DNA of 32,000 nucleotides from Trichodesmium erythraeum IMS101 (lineage in GTDB: Bacteria > Cyanobacteriota > Cyanobacteriia > Cyanobacteriales > Microcoleaceae): the NCBI RefSeq assembly GCF_000014265.1, contig NC_008312.1:7530001-7562000 (forward strand). Direction: 5' to 3'. The translations under genes and the position numbers were made by a program. Below, piece by piece: positions 28,925 to 32,000 of the stretch; positions within the stretch are counted from its first letter, which is position 1; each line of letters begins with the position of its first letter. The notes below the pieces were generated by a model. The model was given only the letters and a program-made list of their open reading frames with translations. It made no database searches and was not told where the DNA came from.

Positions 28925-28973
28925 GATCAGAATTAATCTCTGTTGGGTTTCCTGGCCTCAAGCCAACTGAGGA

Positions 28974-29010
28974 CTAAAACCTAAAACCTAAAACCTAAAA
29001 CCTAACACAC
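28974..29010. repeat. Heptamer tandem array CCTAA(A/C)A, about 5 units, paralogous copy of 23428..23464
   Basis: CTAAAACCTAAAACCTAAAACCTAAAACCTAACACAC ends 4 nt before the stop of the second TPR-CHAT gene. It differs from the first copy by a single base by eye. Confidence 0.9.
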
Positions 29011-29013
29011 TGA

Positions 29014-32000
29014 CTAACTCAACCCTGCACAAATAAACGCACTCCAATACGCCGGATGCTCAAAGGGATGTTCTTTTTTACAAGCTGCTTTCAGGTACTT
29101 ATTCTTAGTATAAAAAATACGCTCATAAATAGCTACAAGTTTTTCCCGCTCCTCCTCTAACTCCTGATATTCCACGGAACTTTTGGTATAACCATCACGT
29201 CTGCGTTCTATTTCCTGAAGTTGCTTATATGCCGGTTCCAACTTTTCATCTAACGAACTTTCTAACTCCTTTTTATATTTCTTCTTGAGTTCTTTGCCCG
29301 TTAATTCTCGTAACTGTCGTTGTCCTAGTTGCAATGCCAGAGAACGATTTTTTCCTTCTTGGCGCAGTTGGTGATAAAAAATCGAAAATAAACATGTTCC
29401 TAAGTCATCTACAGACCACAAACTGCTGATCACACCCCTGGCACCTGCACATAAAAACCCTGTGTTTAATGTTAACACGTCATCGGAGATTTGCACTCGA
29501 CCGAAATTGGTCTCACAACAGTCGATGAATACTTCATCTAGATCTGGGAAACGGAAGGCAGGAGATAATAGTTGCCCTAAAGTAAGTCTGCCGTCCGCTA
29601 ACACTAACGCTGACTCCATACAGTTGTCTATGCGAGATTGAGCGTGATGGGTTGACAATAACCGTTGTACCTGAGATAATAATAGTTTGTAACTGTCTAT
29701 AGTTGCGGCTTCACCTCGCAGGCGTTGGTGTTCTGGGACTCCATACATTTGGGCTATATATTGCGCTTCATAACTGGAACAAGGTAGGTCGTTGTGAGTG
29801 TCTTCCACAATGCCTTGTTTGACTTCCCCTTGAATTTCTTCCCGTTCGGTACAAAAGTCTAGAATTTGGCAACTGGCCAGGGTGCGGATACGGAAACGGT
29901 CACCTAGATATTTGTCTTCTCCTGACTCTGCTACTGGCATTGCGTTCCAAGGGAGAAAGTGCAAGGATAAATGGGGAATTAATATCAATTCTTCAATGTC
30001 TTGAAGATAAGATTTGCATAATTCCTCTAATTTTAACTTCTTACTTACATCCTGTAAAAATTCAGGCATCTGTTGTTGCCATTCTTCCCGGGATGAGAGG
30101 TAAGACCCAAACCATTTTTCCCAAATCCAGTTTTGCAGTTCTTTAAGCCCCAACCCTTCGTAAGTATGAACTTTTACCCCATCTTGTCGCAATACAAATA
30201 AATAGGTATCGTCGGTGATAGTATAAAAACTCAATATCGCTGTGGTGGGCTCCTGGATCAATGCTTGAATTTTTGGAAATTCCAGTGGGGCAACTTGAAT
30301 TCCCTCTGCTAATACCCGGTCGAAGCTGCGGATTTTTTTATAAACTTCCTGCTTTTTGGCTTCTAATTCCCCAATGCGTTTGTTTCTGGCTTCTGTCGCA
30401 GCTCGCCCCCTAGTTGCTACAGCTAAATCTTTCGACTCTATTTGACTGCCCTTTTGTTGTTGTTCCCAAAGTTGATTAATTTGCTGTTGAATAGCTTCGT
30501 GTTCTTTTAACCGTTCTTCAACTTCTCCTGGCATTTCACCTTGGGAGTAGCGATCGTTACTTGCCATTATGTCTACTAACCGTTTGGAGCGAGAACGCTC
30601 TACATATTCTAAGGCTTTTTCTATTTGATCGCTATTCACGTAAGCTTGTACTATCTTGCGGTAGACACCTATAGACTCTTCGATGATTTCTTGGCGACGG
30701 TCGTCATCTTTTGACCAACTGCGGCTGAGTTCCACTGCGGTTATGGCTTTTTTATAGTTGTCGGCGGCGAGTTGCCAGTTTTGGTTGTCGAAATATAGGT
30801 TGCCTAGGTTGTTGGTGGTTTGGAGGTGGTTGATGGGGTCTGCTTCTAGGGTGCGCACCAGCAAAGCTTGTTCGTATGCAGCAATGGCGGCTTCAATATT
30901 TTCGGCTTTGTCTCCCCTTATTCTGTAAATGTAGGCAAGGCCGAGATTATTTTGAGTTTGTGCCCATTCCATGGGGAAGTCAGTTTGGGTGCGCACCAGC
31001 AAAGCTTGTTGGTATGCAGCAATGGCAGCTTCAATATTTTCGGCTTTGTCTCCCCTTATTCTGTCACTGTAGGCAATGCCGAGATTATTTTGAGTTTGTG
31101 CCCAGTCGATGGGGAAGTCAGTTTGGGTGCGCACCTGCAAAGCTTGTTCGTATGCAGCAATGGCGGCTTCAATATTTGCAGCAATGGCGGCTTCAATATT
31201 TTCGGCTTTGTCTCCCCTTATTCTGTCACTGTAGGCAAGGCCGAGATTATTTTGAGCTGCTGCCCAGTTGATGGGGAAGTCAGTTTGGGTGTACACCAGC
31301 AAAGCTTGTTGGAATGCAGCAATGGCAGCTTTAATATTTTGGGCTTTGTCTCCCCTTATTCTGTCACTGTAGGCATTGCCGAGATTATTTTGAGTCATTG
31401 CCCATTCCATGGGGAAGTCAGTTTGGGTGCGCACCAGCAAAGCTTGTTGGTATGCAGCAATGGCAGCTTCAATATTTTCGGCTTTGTCTCCCCTTATTCT
31501 GTCACTGTAGGCAATGCCGAGATTATTTTGAGTTCTTGCCCAGTTGATGGGGAAGTCAGTTTGGGTGTACACCAGCAAAGCTTGTTGGTATGCAGCAATG
31601 GCAGCTTCAATATTTTCGGCTTTGTCTCCCCTTATTCTGTCTCTGTAGGCAATGCCGAGATTATTTTGAGTATTTGCCCAGTCCATGGGGAAGTCAGTTT
31701 GGGTGCGCACCAGCAAAGCTTGTTGGAATGCAGCAATGGCAGCTTCAATATTTTCGGCTTGGTCTCCCTTTATTCTGTTACCGTAGGCAGAGCCGAGATT
31801 ATTTTGAGTATTTGCCCAGTCCATGGGGAAGTCAGTTTGGGTGCGCACCAGCAAAGCTTGTTGGCATGCAGCAATGGCGGCTTCAATATTTTCGGCTTTG
31901 TCTCCCCTTATTCTGTTTCTGTAGGCAGCGCCGAGATTATTTTGAGTCATTGCCCAGTCCATGGGGAAGTCAGTTTGGGTGTACACCAGCAAAGCTTGTT
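29014..32000 (-). CDS. Second TPR-like repeat / CHAT-domain protein, 5' end outside the window (partial)
   Basis: The frame stays open to the window edge (the ORF-track TTG start at 31992 is an artefact, since the preceding codons read QA). At least 8 full 46-aa repeats plus one degenerate repeat are visible, followed by a linker and a CHAT domain colinear with gene 1 (LLSTHH, FIDCCET, HPAYWSAFICAG). Confidence 0.9.
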   Translation of the reverse strand, partial: QALLVYTQTDFPMDWAMTQNNLGAAYRNRIRGDKAENIEAAIAACQQALLVRTQTDFPMDWANTQNNLGSAYGNRIKGDQAENIEAAIAAFQQALLVRTQTDFPMDWANTQNNLGIAYRDRIRGDKAENIEAAIAAYQQALLVYTQTDFPINWARTQNNLGIAYSDRIRGDKAENIEAAIAAYQQALLVRTQTDFPMEWAMTQNNLGNAYSDRIRGDKAQNIKAAIAAFQQALLVYTQTDFPINWAAAQNNLGLAYSDRIRGDKAENIEAAIAANIEAAIAAYEQALQVRTQTDFPIDWAQTQNNLGIAYSDRIRGDKAENIEAAIAAYQQALLVRTQTDFPMEWAQTQNNLGLAYIYRIRGDKAENIEAAIAAYEQALLVRTLEADPINHLQTTNNLGNLYFDNQNWQLAADNYKKAITAVELSRSWSKDDDRRQEIIEESIGVYRKIVQAYVNSDQIEKALEYVERSRSKRLVDIMASNDRYSQGEMPGEVEERLKEHEAIQQQINQLWEQQQKGSQIESKDLAVATRGRAATEARNKRIGELEAKKQEVYKKIRSFDRVLAEGIQVAPLEFPKIQALIQEPTTAILSFYTITDDTYLFVLRQDGVKVHTYEGLGLKELQNWIWEKWFGSYLSSREEWQQQMPEFLQDVSKKLKLEELCKSYLQDIEELILIPHLSLHFLPWNAMPVAESGEDKYLGDRFRIRTLASCQILDFCTEREEIQGEVKQGIVEDTHNDLPCSSYEAQYIAQMYGVPEHQRLRGEAATIDSYKLLLSQVQRLLSTHHAQSRIDNCMESALVLADGRLTLGQLLSPAFRFPDLDEVFIDCCETNFGRVQISDDVLTLNTGFLCAGARGVISSLWSVDDLGTCLFSIFYHQLRQEGKNRSLALQLGQRQLRELTGKELKKKYKKELESSLDEKLEPAYKQLQEIERRRDGYTKSSVEYQELEEEREKLVAIYERIFYTKNKYLKAACKKEHPFEHPAYWSAFICAGLS
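30854..32000 (-). repeat. Intragenic 138-bp tandem array of the second TPR-CHAT gene (truncated by the window)
   Basis: Same unit family as 25311..27770. One unit carries a 24-bp in-frame internal duplication (31154..31201). Confidence 0.9.

Noticed and set aside
30876-31271. 131-aa plus-strand ORF inside the second gene's repeat array
   Set aside because: The same repeat-driven antisense artefact as in the first gene.
23468-32000. TPR-CHAT genes as part of a type III-E CRISPR (Csx29-like) system
   Set aside because: No Cas7-11-like gene, CRISPR array or other cas gene occurs in the window. The analogy is limited to domain composition.
25311-32000. Diversity-generating retroelement (template/variable repeat) explanation for the repeat variation
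   Set aside because: No reverse transcriptase ORF is in the window, and differences between units are not restricted to adenine positions by eye.
23468-32000. Horizontal transfer inferred from the higher GC of the TPR-CHAT genes
   Set aside because: The GC shift is explained by the Ala/Gln/Gly-rich repeat composition. The N-terminal module and heptamer flanks look native cyanobacterial. Compositional statistics cannot be computed here.

Overview
AT-rich bacterial chromosomal segment with clear cyanobacterial hallmarks: several HIP1 palindromes (GCGATCGC, e.g. near 3210, 6887, 16051, 16913, 19010, 19492, 28655), heptanucleotide tandem arrays of the STRR type, TPR-CHAT genes, and long non-coding spacers (about one third of the window by eye). 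The composition and low coding density resemble Trichodesmium-like filamentous marine cyanobacteria, but that cannot be verified here. From 1 to 21.7 kb the content is mostly ordinary: an FtsW-like SEDS protein, a cNMP-gated K+ channel tightly coupled to miaE, a TPR/GT41 O-GlcNAc-transferase-like protein, a GH108 muramidase followed by a 172-bp x3 tandem repeat, an intact IS630-family element with a TA target duplication, a possible fibrillin-like gene, eda, an L,D-transpeptidase, a znuA-znuC-(gap)-znuB zinc uptake cluster with a perfect Fur/Zur-type palindrome, and a loose same-strand group of a GT21 glycosyltransferase, a DegT-family aminotransferase and an FAD oxidoreductase. The most unusual part is 21.9-32 kb. 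It holds an orphan 452-aa protein with a transthyretin-like N-terminal domain, convergent with two tandem paralogous giant TPR-CHAT (caspase-like protease) genes. These genes are built from near-identical 138-bp (46-aa) repeat units and are flanked by heptamer arrays. I consider this TPR-CHAT locus the best candidate for an undescribed sensor-protease (cell-death or defence-type) system. Its function is inference only.
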